IMG/VR virus record: IMGVR_UViG_3300028388_001983
Location: 9,144 to 73,143 of that record
Direction: 5' to 3' (one strand)
Origin: a virus
Length of the DNA: 64,000 nucleotides
Shown here piece by piece: positions 39,618 through 50,179 of this stretch (positions are counted from its first letter, which is position 1; each line of letters begins with the position of its first letter). The position numbers and the translations under genes are program-made. A model generated the notes under the pieces. That model did not search any database, was not told the DNA's origin, and saw only the letters and a program-made list of their open reading frames with translations.

Positions 39618-41972
39618 TTATTTACTAGTAGACTTTTTCTCCTGAGCTTTATTATGTCTCCTAGTTTCTTCTAATTGATCTCTTTTAAGGTCTAGTTCCC
39701 TTTTCTGAGCTTCAATATCTTCTTCAAGCTTACGTCTTTCAAGTTCAAGCTTCTCATCATCTATATCAGAGTCTTGTTTCATAGCCTCAACATCTAACTT
39801 AGTTAAACGTTCTAAATCAGCTTTATATCTTTCAAGGTCTAATTTAGCTTGTTCTAATTGCATTTCAGCTTGTCTAATACTTTGTTCAGCTTTCATTTGC
39901 TCCTTAGCTTGAGCTTCTTGACGTTTTTGTATCTCTTCTTCATAAGTTTCAAACTTCCTCTGTAATGATGCTGGGTCTTTAGTTCTAAATAAATCCATAA
40001 TCATTGAGAATGTACCACCATTCTGCATGAACGGTTGAGTAAGAGATTGTAAGTGTTGCATCATTTCTTGATCAGAAGAGGCAGTACTTATATAAATACC
40101 ATATTCAGCTTCAATAAATTTATCATAATCAAAATCTAATACAGCTTGAGAACCATCATCTAATATATAAGACCTCTTAAATTTTTGATCTTTCCATGCA
40201 ACTTTACAAGTTTCAATCCAAGCTTCAAGAGCTTTTAATTTAACATTATCATGAATACCGAACCACTTTTCTGTAATATGAGAAGATTTATTGACTGCCA
40301 TCTGTACTCCACCTAAAGTTTCTCTATTATCTACAGCTCCTTTACGTTGAGGTGTTATACCAGTTATATTATCAATTCTATTAGAAAGAAATTCTAATAT
40401 CATAAATTGTTGTTGTATAAATCTACCCTGTTCAAGATCAAAGGTATTTTGTTGTTGTTGCATACCACCAGATAGTTTACCAAGCGCAGCACCTTTATTA
40501 CCTTCATTAAATGGATCATGGATTGCCCAACCTGTCATTTCTGCATAGTATAACCATTTATCTATAGACCAGCCTTCAGGTATCATACTAAGATCGAGCC
40601 TACCAATTTTACCTTTATCTTTAGCAGCAGCTTGTTCCATCCTATGCATAATAGCATTGTATAAATATTGATAATTTTTACCAATATCCATAATACTTCT
40701 ACCTTGTTCTTTACCAACATTATTTACTATACCTACTACACCAGGCTTACAATCAGAAATGTTTTCCATTTTTCTAAATTGTATCTCTCTTGGTTGCATT
40801 TTAACATAAATATCATCAGCAATTCTAGTAGCCTCATACCATTCAGAAATCCATTTATATTCAACAGTTTGTCCTAATGATTCATCTGGTTCAATAGTGT
40901 CTGGAACTACTATTTTTTGTAAGTCTCCATCTTCATCAAAATATTCTATAATACCTACTCTACGCATACCTTTCCACAAAGTTCTAGTAACTCTTACATT
41001 ACCATCTTCATCAAAAGTACCACCAAAAGCAAAAGTATCATTCTTGTTAGCTTTATGTATAATATTACCAATTCCTTCTTGAGCTATATAATCTTCATAA
41101 TCATGCCCATGAGTTAATTGGTTTTTCATAAACCCTTTAGCTGATTTCCAAGTATTAATTCCTTCTTCAAGTTTTTTAATATCAGAATCTTTTAAGAACT
41201 CATGATAAGAATCTATAATTTTACCAATTGGCATATAGATATCTTCTATAATTATATCTGAATCTTCTATACGATTAGAATGACCAGACCTAATAGTAAT
41301 TATGTCTACTGGATGTGCTTTCCTAAGAATTGGTTCACCAGCTACAATATCAGCTACATATATCTCTTCTCCTGCAATAACTAAATCCTCGAATCCGCTA
41401 CTAAATACTTCTTTAAGATTCAAAGTTCTATATCCATATTCCATCATTTGAGAGACCATACGTTCTCTACGATCTCTATAAGTATACTTCTGCCACTTAT
41501 CAATCTCACGAATTCTGGACTCTAATTCTTCTTTAGACATAGTAGGATTAGTTACCTCAGAAATAGAAAATTCTCTAAGTCTTTCACTCTGAACTCTCAT
41601 TTTCTCAGAGATAGCATCACTATTAATAACTGTTACAATCGGATTAAAATATCTTCTACGTTCTTCTCCAATTAATACCATTATATTAGGATTCAATAAT
41701 GGCATGTTTCTATAGTTATCTGGTAGTTTACCATACTCAATACCAAAAGGATTAACTATTCTTTGGATTTCTTCAGTATCTACTATATCATTCCAAAGAT
41801 TATAGTTAACTACTTTATTTTTCCTTGAAGCCCTAACACCAGTATCTCTGTCAAAATTTACCATTGATGCTCCTACATCAGCACATTTCTTAAAAAATTC
41901 TTGACTTTTTTTGGAATCAGGAACTTTCTGAGCAGGAAAAGCGTTTGCTATATCACTACTTATAAATTTCAT
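39618..41972 (-). CDS. Portal protein
   Basis: FPAQK, LIGEE, WISEWYEATRI, YQYLYN, GITPQRKG...ETLGGV motifs; C-terminal coiled coil; follows terminase. Confidence 0.9.
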   Translation of the reverse strand: MKFISSDIANAFPAQKVPDSKKSQEFFKKCADVGASMVNFDRDTGVRASRKNKVVNYNLWNDIVDTEEIQRIVNPFGIEYGKLPDNYRNMPLLNPNIMVLIGEERRRYFNPIVTVINSDAISEKMRVQSERLREFSISEVTNPTMSKEELESRIREIDKWQKYTYRDRRERMVSQMMEYGYRTLNLKEVFSSGFEDLVIAGEEIYVADIVAGEPILRKAHPVDIITIRSGHSNRIEDSDIIIEDIYMPIGKIIDSYHEFLKDSDIKKLEEGINTWKSAKGFMKNQLTHGHDYEDYIAQEGIGNIIHKANKNDTFAFGGTFDEDGNVRVTRTLWKGMRRVGIIEYFDEDGDLQKIVVPDTIEPDESLGQTVEYKWISEWYEATRIADDIYVKMQPREIQFRKMENISDCKPGVVGIVNNVGKEQGRSIMDIGKNYQYLYNAIMHRMEQAAAKDKGKIGRLDLSMIPEGWSIDKWLYYAEMTGWAIHDPFNEGNKGAALGKLSGGMQQQQNTFDLEQGRFIQQQFMILEFLSNRIDNITGITPQRKGAVDNRETLGGVQMAVNKSSHITEKWFGIHDNVKLKALEAWIETCKVAWKDQKFKRSYILDDGSQAVLDFDYDKFIEAEYGIYISTASSDQEMMQHLQSLTQPFMQNGGTFSMIMDLFRTKDPASLQRKFETYEEEIQKRQEAQAKEQMKAEQSIRQAEMQLEQAKLDLERYKADLERLTKLDVEAMKQDSDIDDEKLELERRKLEEDIEAQKRELDLKRDQLEETRRHNKAQEKKSTSK

Positions 41973-41983
41973 AAGTTATTATT

Positions 41984-44900
41984 TTAATTAAAATATAAAT
42001 CTTTTAATTCTTCGTTTGCCCTAACACCTGTTCTCGCTCTTGATATTTTATGTCTAGAGAAAAATGGATCATCTGCTATACTTTTAGTTTTAGTAGACCT
42101 CTCTGTAACTTCATATTTGGCAAGCTCTAATCTAAGTATCATCACAAAGTTCATAGCAGATACACGGTCAAAGTTACCATCTGGATTCCATTTAATAGCT
42201 TCTTCTATATAACCTATTGACCTTATTTTATGTAGATTAAGTTTTTTAAGTTCTGATTGGTTCTCCGCTTTAATTTTATCTCCTTCAGATAATTGTTCTT
42301 CTGGACTATTACTATATGCTGCAGAGAGCATCCATTTAGCTTGTTCTCTTCTACCGAGAGCATTTATTGGGTCTGTAGCATTTACTCCTTTTTGTTTATT
42401 TCCGTAAAGTCGTTCAGATTTGACCATATCCATATCTTTCAAAATCTGAGGAGTATCAGCCAACATATATAAAGCATTATGATTAGAAAAATAAGGAAAT
42501 AGTCCCTTTTTATTATTCTCATATAATAGAAGGGCATTATAAAATTTACCTAATCTTAAGCATATATCATAAAACTCATTTGCCAATCTAGGTCTACCTG
42601 TATACTCAGCTACAATCTGGTCAGTAAATCTATCAAATATAAATATACTACCCAAAGAAGTTGTAGTAGAATCATCATCATCATAAGTATCAATACCACC
42701 TATATATCTTAAATAAGGTATACTACCATCGAAAGACTTAATAGGCATTTTAAATATTTCAAGTCCACCCTTTTTATTAAGTTTATCTTTTAATGGATAA
42801 TGTCTTATAGGAGTAATATCTGGATCAATTTTCCAATGAATGTCTCCATTATTATCTATACCTAATCTACCAGTATAATGAGGAGATAAAAACTTATCTT
42901 CATTAACTCTAATATCTGCAAGATAATCCTTCAAATCTTCTGCTGGGAATAGATTACCTTCTTTACGTAAGATAGCTTCTTGAGGAGTAATAGGACTTTC
43001 TGCTTTTTCTTGAGTAAGAGCGTTAGGATCAGAAGTACCATATTTAATAGTAATTCTCCTTTTAATAATTTGTAATAATGCTTTAATTACATCAGAATTA
43101 CCATTTTTATCATAACATCTATGTCTATTCATATATTCTGGAGCAAAGAAAGCACAATAACTATTACTACCAGTACCTTTATCATACACATTAGGAAGTT
43201 TTAATATGTTATAACCTTCAGGATTGTAGAACATTTCTTCTGCAGCCCTAAAATCTGCATCAGCAGTACCTCCAGTATTATGGGTAACAATACCGTTTCC
43301 TATATATGTATGAGTTTTACCAGCAGTTAAATTATAAATTGGTTTTATTCCAGTATACTCTATATCTATAACTCTTTCAAATCTAAGACCTTTAATAGAT
43401 TTAGACTCTTCTGATCTTTTATTAGAGTAATATTTATATAGGTTTTGTAAACTCTTCCTTTTATATTTTATTTTAGGATTTATATTTTCATAAAACCTAT
43501 CTATACTAAACTTCTTACGAATTTCTAATCTAAAATAATTATTTTTATCTAAAGGATTATTACTGTTAGAAACATCAATTTCATGTATATTAGAATGTAT
43601 TCCTAATTTTTGTAATAATAATAACACTTCTAATAATAACTCTTTACAAGAACTACATAAAGTTATTCTATTTTCACCATAATATCCATCAGCGTCAAAA
43701 AGACCCGCTAATAATTTAGTAACTGACTCTTTACTGAAACTATGAATATTATTAGGTAGACGTTTTTTATTTTTAGTCTGACCATAAATTCCTAACTCTC
43801 TTAAAGGTTTAGTAATTTCTTTAATTCTAATTTCCCTATAAATTCTATTATCTTTTGTAAGAGTTTCTTTCTCTACAACGATATTAAAGTTTTCTTTTAG
43901 GTATAAATACGTTTCTTCATCTGCTGAAGATAGTATAGGAGTTTTATTATAACCATAGCTACCATCTCCAATCAATAAACCTACTAAATAAGGATTCCAA
44001 AACTTCTTATCAGACCATATGTCTACTTTGTCTATTGTAGCAACTTGATCACCAATTTTTATTTCATCTGCTCTTTTAAAAATAGTTTTTTTAGTAAATA
44101 GTCTCTTATTATTTATCCTGGGCCTACTACCATAATTTTGTTTGCTCCATAAGATAGGATGATCAATACTACACTCAATACTTCTACCAGTATTAGTAGT
44201 AACCTTAATACATTCTTTTTTTGCAGGAGGTTGCCAATAAGTAATATTCTCTTCAGAAACTCCTACATTATTTTCATACCCTAAAATACCTTCCTCTTGT
44301 TTAATATCTTCTATATTTATTAATTCCCCTTTATTATTCCACACTTTATTTCCAGCAGTTAAACATCCCCAGGCTATCATTGTTCCGAAAGCATCATCAC
44401 CATCTTGAACAGAAGGTTTAGCCACAGTCCAAGCATGTAAAAGTTCTGGAAATTTACCCATCTCTTCCCATTTGAGTCTATTTCTAGGAAATGGAGTATG
44501 ATCTGCACACCAATCGGAAACGTTTACAAACTTATTAAGAATACCATCTTTGATTAAAAACTCTTTCTCATTAGCAATATTAAATATAGTTTGATGTTTT
44601 CTAGATTCTACTGGTTCATGTCTATCACCTAGTATAAATACTTTAGCATCAATTGCTCCACCTTTATAAGAAAAACCTCTACCTCTTGTCTTTAGTATAT
44701 TACAATGTTTTCCTGCAACTCCAGCCTGTTCTACATAATGAAAAAATAAATAATCTCCATCCCAAGGTTTAGGAAATTTTCTAACTTTAATTTCTTTACC
44801 AGTTGTAGGATGTTTTTCTGATAATAGTATAGGAGAATAGTTCCAATAGAAATAATTTAATCCAGTAATCCATTCTCCATCAGATTCTCTGACATAACCT

Positions 44901-45241
44901 TCTCTACATCTACGAGCCTCTTCTTCCCAAAATTTAGCATACTCAGACTGAGGATGAGAGTTTGGATGAAGATCAGTATATTTACCAGTTTTCTCGTGAG
45001 CAATTGCTGGTTGTCTAAAATAGTCTATATCTTCTAATATATGAGGATTAGTTATATCAACCTTAACTCTACCTAAATTATCTTTTGGTAAATCTTTAGC
45101 ATATAACCTATCTACAGATATTAAATTTTCAATAAGTTTAATATTGTCAACATACTCAAATAAAAGAGTTTTTTCTTCTTTAGAAAGACTCTTTAAGAGG
45201 TTTTCATCTATCTGTGTTTGATATTTATTAAAATTATATGC
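41984..45241 (-). CDS. terL: Terminase large subunit with LAGLIDADG intein
   Basis: LKTRGRGFSY Walker A, WEEMG Walker B, AWG|intein|TGG, nuclease GGIDTYD, YENNKKG, NFDRVSA. Confidence 0.92.
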   Translation of the reverse strand, partial: AYNFNKYQTQIDENLLKSLSKEEKTLLFEYVDNIKLIENLISVDRLYAKDLPKDNLGRVKVDITNPHILEDIDYFRQPAIAHEKTGKYTDLHPNSHPQSEYAKFWEEEARRCREGYVRESDGEWITGLNYFYWNYSPILLSEKHPTTGKEIKVRKFPKPWDGDYLFFHYVEQAGVAGKHCNILKTRGRGFSYKGGAIDAKVFILGDRHEPVESRKHQTIFNIANEKEFLIKDGILNKFVNVSDWCADHTPFPRNRLKWEEMGKFPELLHAWTVAKPSVQDGDDAFGTMIAWGCLTAGNKVWNNKGELINIEDIKQEEGILGYENNVGVSEENITYWQPPAKKECIKVTTNTGRSIECSIDHPILWSKQNYGSRPRINNKRLFTKKTIFKRADEIKIGDQVATIDKVDIWSDKKFWNPYLVGLLIGDGSYGYNKTPILSSADEETYLYLKENFNIVVEKETLTKDNRIYREIRIKEITKPLRELGIYGQTKNKKRLPNNIHSFSKESVTKLLAGLFDADGYYGENRITLCSSCKELLLEVLLLLQKLGIHSNIHEIDVSNSNNPLDKNNYFRLEIRKKFSIDRFYENINPKIKYKRKSLQNLYKYYSNKRSEESKSIKGLRFERVIDIEYTGIKPIYNLTAGKTHTYIGNGIVTHNTGGTADADFRAAEEMFYNPEGYNILKLPNVYDKGTGSNSYCAFFAPEYMNRHRCYDKNGNSDVIKALLQIIKRRITIKYGTSDPNALTQEKAESPITPQEAILRKEGNLFPAEDLKDYLADIRVNEDKFLSPHYTGRLGIDNNGDIHWKIDPDITPIRHYPLKDKLNKKGGLEIFKMPIKSFDGSIPYLRYIGGIDTYDDDDSTTTSLGSIFIFDRFTDQIVAEYTGRPRLANEFYDICLRLGKFYNALLLYENNKKGLFPYFSNHNALYMLADTPQILKDMDMVKSERLYGNKQKGVNATDPINALGRREQAKWMLSAAYSNSPEEQLSEGDKIKAENQSELKKLNLHKIRSIGYIEEAIKWNPDGNFDRVSAMNFVMILRLELAKYEVTERSTKTKSIADDPFFSRHKISRARTGVRANEELKDLYFN
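43277..44365 (-). mobile_element. Intein (363 aa) with LAGLIDADG homing endonuclease
   Basis: Starts CLTAG, block B CSIDHPI, LVGLLIGDG and LAGLFDADG motifs, ends YNLTA...GIVTHN followed by Thr(+1). Confidence 0.93.
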
Positions 45242-45794
45242 CATCTTCAAAAGTACTCTTTGTCATGGAGCCTCTCATAGTAGACTCTTTTCTATCTTCT
45301 TTTTTAACTTGTTCAACTGTTTTTTCAAATGACTCTATAAGCGATGGTATTTGTTTAGCTACATCTACAATCTTTTTAAGATCATAAACATGTTTTATAT
45401 TACCCTGAGCATCTCTATAAGTTTCATTCGGGTCTATATTACCTAACATAGTATTAACCTTCTCTAATAAAGACATAGTATTCTTTAACATCTTTACTGA
45501 GATAGTATCACTACGATCCCGATAAAAGTTACGAGCCTCATTAACTTTATCGTCTGCCTTCCAATTATTAGGAAGATCAATAAGAGATAATATCTCTTTT
45601 GACCTTTCCTCCTCATCAATTATATCAAAGAAATCTGATCTATGATCATCCATATACCAAATATAAGTTAACTCTTTGATAGCTTTCTCTTTATTCTTAC
45701 TCTTGTCTCTTTGCCAAAGTACCTTAAAAGGAGCAAGTTCTAAAGCTTGAGGAGAAAAGGTCAATTTATGATTTTTTAATTCAAATAAGTTCAT
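45234..45794 (-). CDS. Conserved crAss protein upstream of terL (possible small terminase)
   Basis: FKVLWQRDKSKNKEKAIKELTYI motif; overlaps the terL start. Confidence 0.55.
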   Translation of the reverse strand: MNLFELKNHKLTFSPQALELAPFKVLWQRDKSKNKEKAIKELTYIWYMDDHRSDFFDIIDEEERSKEILSLIDLPNNWKADDKVNEARNFYRDRSDTISVKMLKNTMSLLEKVNTMLGNIDPNETYRDAQGNIKHVYDLKKIVDVAKQIPSLIESFEKTVEQVKKEDRKESTMRGSMTKSTFEDGI

Positions 45795-46012
45795 TCTTTA
45801 AACCTCTTCTTTATATAATCAGGAACATAAAACAATCCAAAATTAGGAATCCTTACTGACGGAAAATGCTGATTTTTAGTATCAAATTCCTCTTTCATAA
45901 TCTTAGTCTGAAATATAAAAGCACTTTTTATAATTTCATCCACTTGATTCAGAGTTAATCCATGTTCCTTAGCTATTTTCTTTCTTATATCTTTTGTTCT
46001 CTCACTAATCAT
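45791..46012 (-). CDS. HU/IHF-like DNA-binding protein
   Basis: IAKEHGLTLNQVDEII...SVRIPNFGLFYV. Confidence 0.7.
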   Translation of the reverse strand: MISERTKDIRKKIAKEHGLTLNQVDEIIKSAFIFQTKIMKEEFDTKNQHFPSVRIPNFGLFYVPDYIKKRFKE

Positions 46013-46956
46013 TATCTTGCTATAGAAGCCATTAAGTTTTTCTTATGTTCTTTACTTAATCCAGACTGACGTACTCTACCTACAGAACCACACTCTTTAC
46101 ATCTAAACGTATTATACCTACCTACCATAGTAGAATAATATCCTTCCCAAGATAAATCTGTATTCAAACATACAGGACATGTAGGCTCAGTAGTTTCTAC
46201 ATATAGTGATAAATTAGGATGAGATGGAATCCAACTTCTAATTTTAAGATATGCCTCTTCAAGAAGAGTAACATCCCTTTTATTATAAATTTCCATCTCT
46301 TCTAAAGTATCATCATCTCCTTTAGTAGCAGCTCTCCAAAATTCCATACCACCAGTTTCTATTTTACCTCCAAGTCCAAGTATTTTACAAATATAATCAA
46401 GTTTATTATAAGTAAAAGCAAATTGTCTCTTTGATACATCTAAAGTATCTATAACTTGATATGGTAAAGGTCTTGGCAAACCGTGTAACAGAAATTTAGT
46501 ATTCATCTTTGGAATATCATACTTCTTACCATTATGAGCAATTACTACATCAGCCTGATTTATCAATTCCCAAAGACTTCCTGTGATCCTTTTATCGTCT
46601 TGATTTAAAGCCTCTTCAGAAGTAAGCCTGTCTGAATAAATTTTATCATCCATTAACCATTTAGCTGACCAAGTTAATATAAACCACTCTGTTTCCAATT
46701 GCTTTGGAGAAATATTCTCTTTCCATACTCTAAATACCCATCCTGATAATGGTGCTACTTCTAAATCATATATAAGAACGTTTGGTAACTCTTTCCTTTT
46801 TTCTTGTTTATTTAATCCCCTCTTTCGTATCCTGTACTCCCTAATATATCTATGTACACTTTCATGGGTTAATCCTAATTCTTCTACAGTTCTATCTTCG
46901 CCATTATTATTATAAAAGTCAATGACTTCTGAAAGTCTTTTATCTGTTACTCTCAT
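46012..46956 (-). CDS. DnaQ/RNase H-like 3'-5' exonuclease with N-terminal HTH and C-terminal Zn ribbon
   Basis: YDLEVAP (ExoI), AHNGKKYD (ExoII), YNKRDV (ExoIII); CPVC...CKECG. Confidence 0.85.
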   Translation of the reverse strand: MRVTDKRLSEVIDFYNNNGEDRTVEELGLTHESVHRYIREYRIRKRGLNKQEKRKELPNVLIYDLEVAPLSGWVFRVWKENISPKQLETEWFILTWSAKWLMDDKIYSDRLTSEEALNQDDKRITGSLWELINQADVVIAHNGKKYDIPKMNTKFLLHGLPRPLPYQVIDTLDVSKRQFAFTYNKLDYICKILGLGGKIETGGMEFWRAATKGDDDTLEEMEIYNKRDVTLLEEAYLKIRSWIPSHPNLSLYVETTEPTCPVCLNTDLSWEGYYSTMVGRYNTFRCKECGSVGRVRQSGLSKEHKKNLMASIAR

Positions 46957-47168
46957 TTATTTAAATCTTGTTTAGAATAAAATTTTTCAACAGGGTCTTT
47001 TTTCGTAGCTTGGATGGTAACCTTGTATAAACCATCTACTTTCATAAATGATGCTTTAAAATTCATATTCAATTTTCTAATTGCATCATAATTAAATTTA
47101 TAGTATTCAATCGCTTCTAAACGATCTTCAAACTCTCTACTTTCATCTATAAAATTAGTTTTTTCCAT
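46953..47168 (-). CDS. Hypothetical protein
   Basis: ORF with overlapping start/stop coupling to its neighbours. Confidence 0.55.
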   Translation of the reverse strand: MEKTNFIDESREFEDRLEAIEYYKFNYDAIRKLNMNFKASFMKVDGLYKVTIQATKKDPVEKFYSKQDLNK

Positions 47169-47514
47169 CTATAAAATTTATTATAATTTGTTCAGTATTA
47201 GGTAAAACCTTGTCTCTTACCAAACCTTTAGATTTTAAAAAACCTTTACGTTTTAACGATGCCATAATATTATATACGTTATCAGTAGAAATATTTAACT
47301 TATCTGCTATCTCTACTCTAGTATCATAATCAAATATAAATCTATTTCTTTTATCCTCATTAAAATTTCTAAACTCATAATCATACATAAATAATTCAGA
47401 TAAAACTTGTTTCTCTCTATTATTTAATAATGAGTATGGAGAAATAAAAGAAAATAAATTCAACATAATTAGATACTTATTATTCTTCTCATTATGCGGA
47501 ATATTTAACTTCAT
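47155..47514 (-). CDS. Winged-HTH DNA-binding protein
   Basis: LNNREKQVL...RVEIADKLNISTDNVYNIMASLKRKGFL. Confidence 0.7.
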   Translation of the reverse strand: MKLNIPHNEKNNKYLIMLNLFSFISPYSLLNNREKQVLSELFMYDYEFRNFNEDKRNRFIFDYDTRVEIADKLNISTDNVYNIMASLKRKGFLKSKGLVRDKVLPNTEQIIINFIDGKN

Positions 47515-47770
47515 CTTGCTCTATTTTTTCTAACTCCTTTTTACTTAACACCCAAAATAATTTTAACTGTAATTCAGTTAAATCATCTAAATATTCATAA
47601 TCTACTAAAACTGTATCATGTATTTTTTTATAATATAATTCATCATTATTATTTCTACAACACATAAAACAGTCTCCAGTTTCAGTATAAACTACATCAC
47701 CTTCTACAGGTTTAATAACCATTTGTAAGGGATTAGAATTGCCTTTGTAAAACACCATCATACTAATCAT
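47492..47770 (-). CDS. Hypothetical protein
   Basis: ORF in operon context. Confidence 0.5.
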   Translation of the reverse strand: MISMMVFYKGNSNPLQMVIKPVEGDVVYTETGDCFMCCRNNNDELYYKKIHDTVLVDYEYLDDLTELQLKLFWVLSKKELEKIEQDEVKYSA

Positions 47771-47782
47771 AATTAATAAGTA

Positions 47783-50077
47783 TTATTGTACAGTATATTT
47801 TTCTAACTTAAAGTACTCTAAAATAAAGTTTTGAGTTCCATAACCTAATAAAAACTCTACAGTAGTTCCAGATGCCGTTGCTCTCGGCATTATATAAGTT
47901 TCTACTACAGTTGTAGAAGAAGTATTTAGATTATAAGTATAATTCCAACTATGATAACCACTATATTTATGAGCTACTTGTGTTTTAGTACCACCATCAG
48001 TTTTCATAATATAAGTTACTTTATAAACATCACTTTGAGTAAGTTCAAAACTAGGACTATTTAATCTAATATTTAACATATTATAATCACTAGTATTTAT
48101 AGTAACTTTTAAATTTCCATTATCTACCGCTACACTAGCATCAGCAGTAGTACCATATACATCTAAATCCCATTGTCCAACTGCTGCCCAAGTATTATAC
48201 TCATAGATAGTTGTAGTATCATTATTATCTAAACTTGGATAACTATCATTTATAAGATTAGTAGCCAATGGTTCATACCAACCAGATGTAGTAGCTGATC
48301 CATAATCTGGATTCATATAAGCTCCAAAATCTGTTCTATGATCCCAATAAGTCCAAGGAATATTATTATCGGCTAACCATGCTGATAACATAGTAGAATA
48401 ATCTACTCTATTTGCAGAGTCTACAAATACCATAGTACCCCATTCTGTAATATTTAAAGGAACATCATGTTGTGACCTAAAGTCTAAAGCATCTTCCCAA
48501 TCTTCTTCAAAAATATCATAGACAGGTTCAATTTTTGGAAATTCTGCTCCTGCATAATCAGTTCCTCCGAAACTACCTTCATAAGGAGAATTTTGTACGG
48601 TCACCCACCAGGGATCATAATAATGAATAGTTAATGCCCACATAGTATCTGTAGGGTGTGGTTCAAAATTTCTAATACCAGAAATTTGTCCCCAGTCTAT
48701 AGGCTCTACACAAATTAATCTCGATTGATCGTAAACTCTGATTGAGTCTAAACATCTATGCCAAGTGGTATTCCAATAATTAGCACCTTCATCTCTAGGC
48801 TCATTAGCTAATTCAAACGCCATTTGCTCATTAGTATACTTACTTTCAAAATATTCTGCCATTTGTCCCCAGTGTGCAGCCAAACTATCTGCATCAGTTT
48901 GAGAATAATAATCTTCATGCCACCAATCAGGAGAAACATGATAATCAAAAATAACAAAAAGGCCATTATTAATACAAGAATCTATAATTTCACAAGCATT
49001 ATCTAACGCTGCTTCTGGTAATGTTCTAGTAGTTAAACCAGTTTTCATTACTAGCCTGACACTTTCAAAACCTTTTTGAGCAATACTGTATATATATGCA
49101 GAATCTTTATAAGTTTGATTCATGTTCCAATTTCCATCACCATCTAAAACAATATTGCGAAGGTCTAAACCTTTTCCTATTAAAGCGTTTATAGATTCAG
49201 CAGTACCTTCAGCATAAGTTGTATCTGGTGGTACAGGAGGAGGATCACCTCCACCACCTTCTCCATAGTATCTTATATAATCTTTAGCTATAGCATAATA
49301 TGTACTATTTTTATATATGTTATAATTAGTACCATCTATAGATATAAAATTATAAATGGTAGTAGTATCACTACTAGTAGTAGTAGTCCATAAATAAGAA
49401 TATGTAGGACTTCCTGATTTATACAAAGTATCACTTATAGTTGTAGCATCTAAAGTTTCTTTAAATAGTGCCCAAGCATCAAGTCTACCATCTAATGAAT
49501 AACTATCATTACCATTAGCCATAAATTGCCAATTTGCAGTAGAATGTGTCTCTGCAGTAGTTACATTATGAGTTGATACCGAAGTTCCATTAACATAAAA
49601 TTTTACATTATCTGACCCAAGACTATTATCATAGGTTAACATAATATGAACCCATTCTCCAGTAGCAGCAGTAGTACTAGAACTTAAATAGTTTCCAAAT
49701 ACAGTATAAGCCCAATTATCTGAAGAATTAACATAAATTTCAAAATCACCATAATATCTCCCAACTATTCTATGATCAGCATCTACATCATCTAAATAAA
49801 CCCAACCACCTATACTAAAAGCATTTCCTGTAGAAATGGCTGATATTTCTATATAATCACCTCCAGAACCATCTGTTTCTACATAATTACCTAAAATACC
49901 TCCAGTTCCTAAAACAGTTACAGTTCCAGAAGTTGTTCCAGAATGTCCATTACCAGAACTATCTGCTAAACTTGAAGTTTCAAAATCCCATATTGCCTCA
50001 GCTCTATCCTGTAAAGCTTGAGAATGTAATCCCATTGAAACTATTAATAAAATTATATTAAAAACTATTTTCTTCAT
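47783..50077 (-). CDS. Signal peptide + LamG + GH5 glycoside hydrolase + CBM-like domain
   Basis: MKKIVFNIILLIVSMGLHS-Q; LamG EWVHIMLTYD..FYVNG; GH5 acid/base FELANEP (~48797-48805), TIHYY, nucleophile ITEWG (~48437-48445), WTYWD. Confidence 0.85.
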   Translation of the reverse strand: MKKIVFNIILLIVSMGLHSQALQDRAEAIWDFETSSLADSSGNGHSGTTSGTVTVLGTGGILGNYVETDGSGGDYIEISAISTGNAFSIGGWVYLDDVDADHRIVGRYYGDFEIYVNSSDNWAYTVFGNYLSSSTTAATGEWVHIMLTYDNSLGSDNVKFYVNGTSVSTHNVTTAETHSTANWQFMANGNDSYSLDGRLDAWALFKETLDATTISDTLYKSGSPTYSYLWTTTTSSDTTTIYNFISIDGTNYNIYKNSTYYAIAKDYIRYYGEGGGGDPPPVPPDTTYAEGTAESINALIGKGLDLRNIVLDGDGNWNMNQTYKDSAYIYSIAQKGFESVRLVMKTGLTTRTLPEAALDNACEIIDSCINNGLFVIFDYHVSPDWWHEDYYSQTDADSLAAHWGQMAEYFESKYTNEQMAFELANEPRDEGANYWNTTWHRCLDSIRVYDQSRLICVEPIDWGQISGIRNFEPHPTDTMWALTIHYYDPWWVTVQNSPYEGSFGGTDYAGAEFPKIEPVYDIFEEDWEDALDFRSQHDVPLNITEWGTMVFVDSANRVDYSTMLSAWLADNNIPWTYWDHRTDFGAYMNPDYGSATTSGWYEPLATNLINDSYPSLDNNDTTTIYEYNTWAAVGQWDLDVYGTTADASVAVDNGNLKVTINTSDYNMLNIRLNSPSFELTQSDVYKVTYIMKTDGGTKTQVAHKYSGYHSWNYTYNLNTSSTTVVETYIMPRATASGTTVEFLLGYGTQNFILEYFKLEKYTVQ

Positions 50078-50139
50078 ATTATTAATTTATTTAATCCCAA
50101 TACCGCTACTACAATTCCAATGATTACTTCAATTTCCAT
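50074..50139 (-). pseudogene. 21-codon remnant of a membrane protein gene (MEIEVIIGIVVAVLGLNKLII)
   Basis: ATG plus hydrophobic run, then an AT-rich junction into the GH5 start; sits at the compositional boundary. Confidence 0.35.
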
Positions 50140-50179
50140 GATTTACTTTTTTTTGGTTTAATTCCTACTCCCGGTGATT

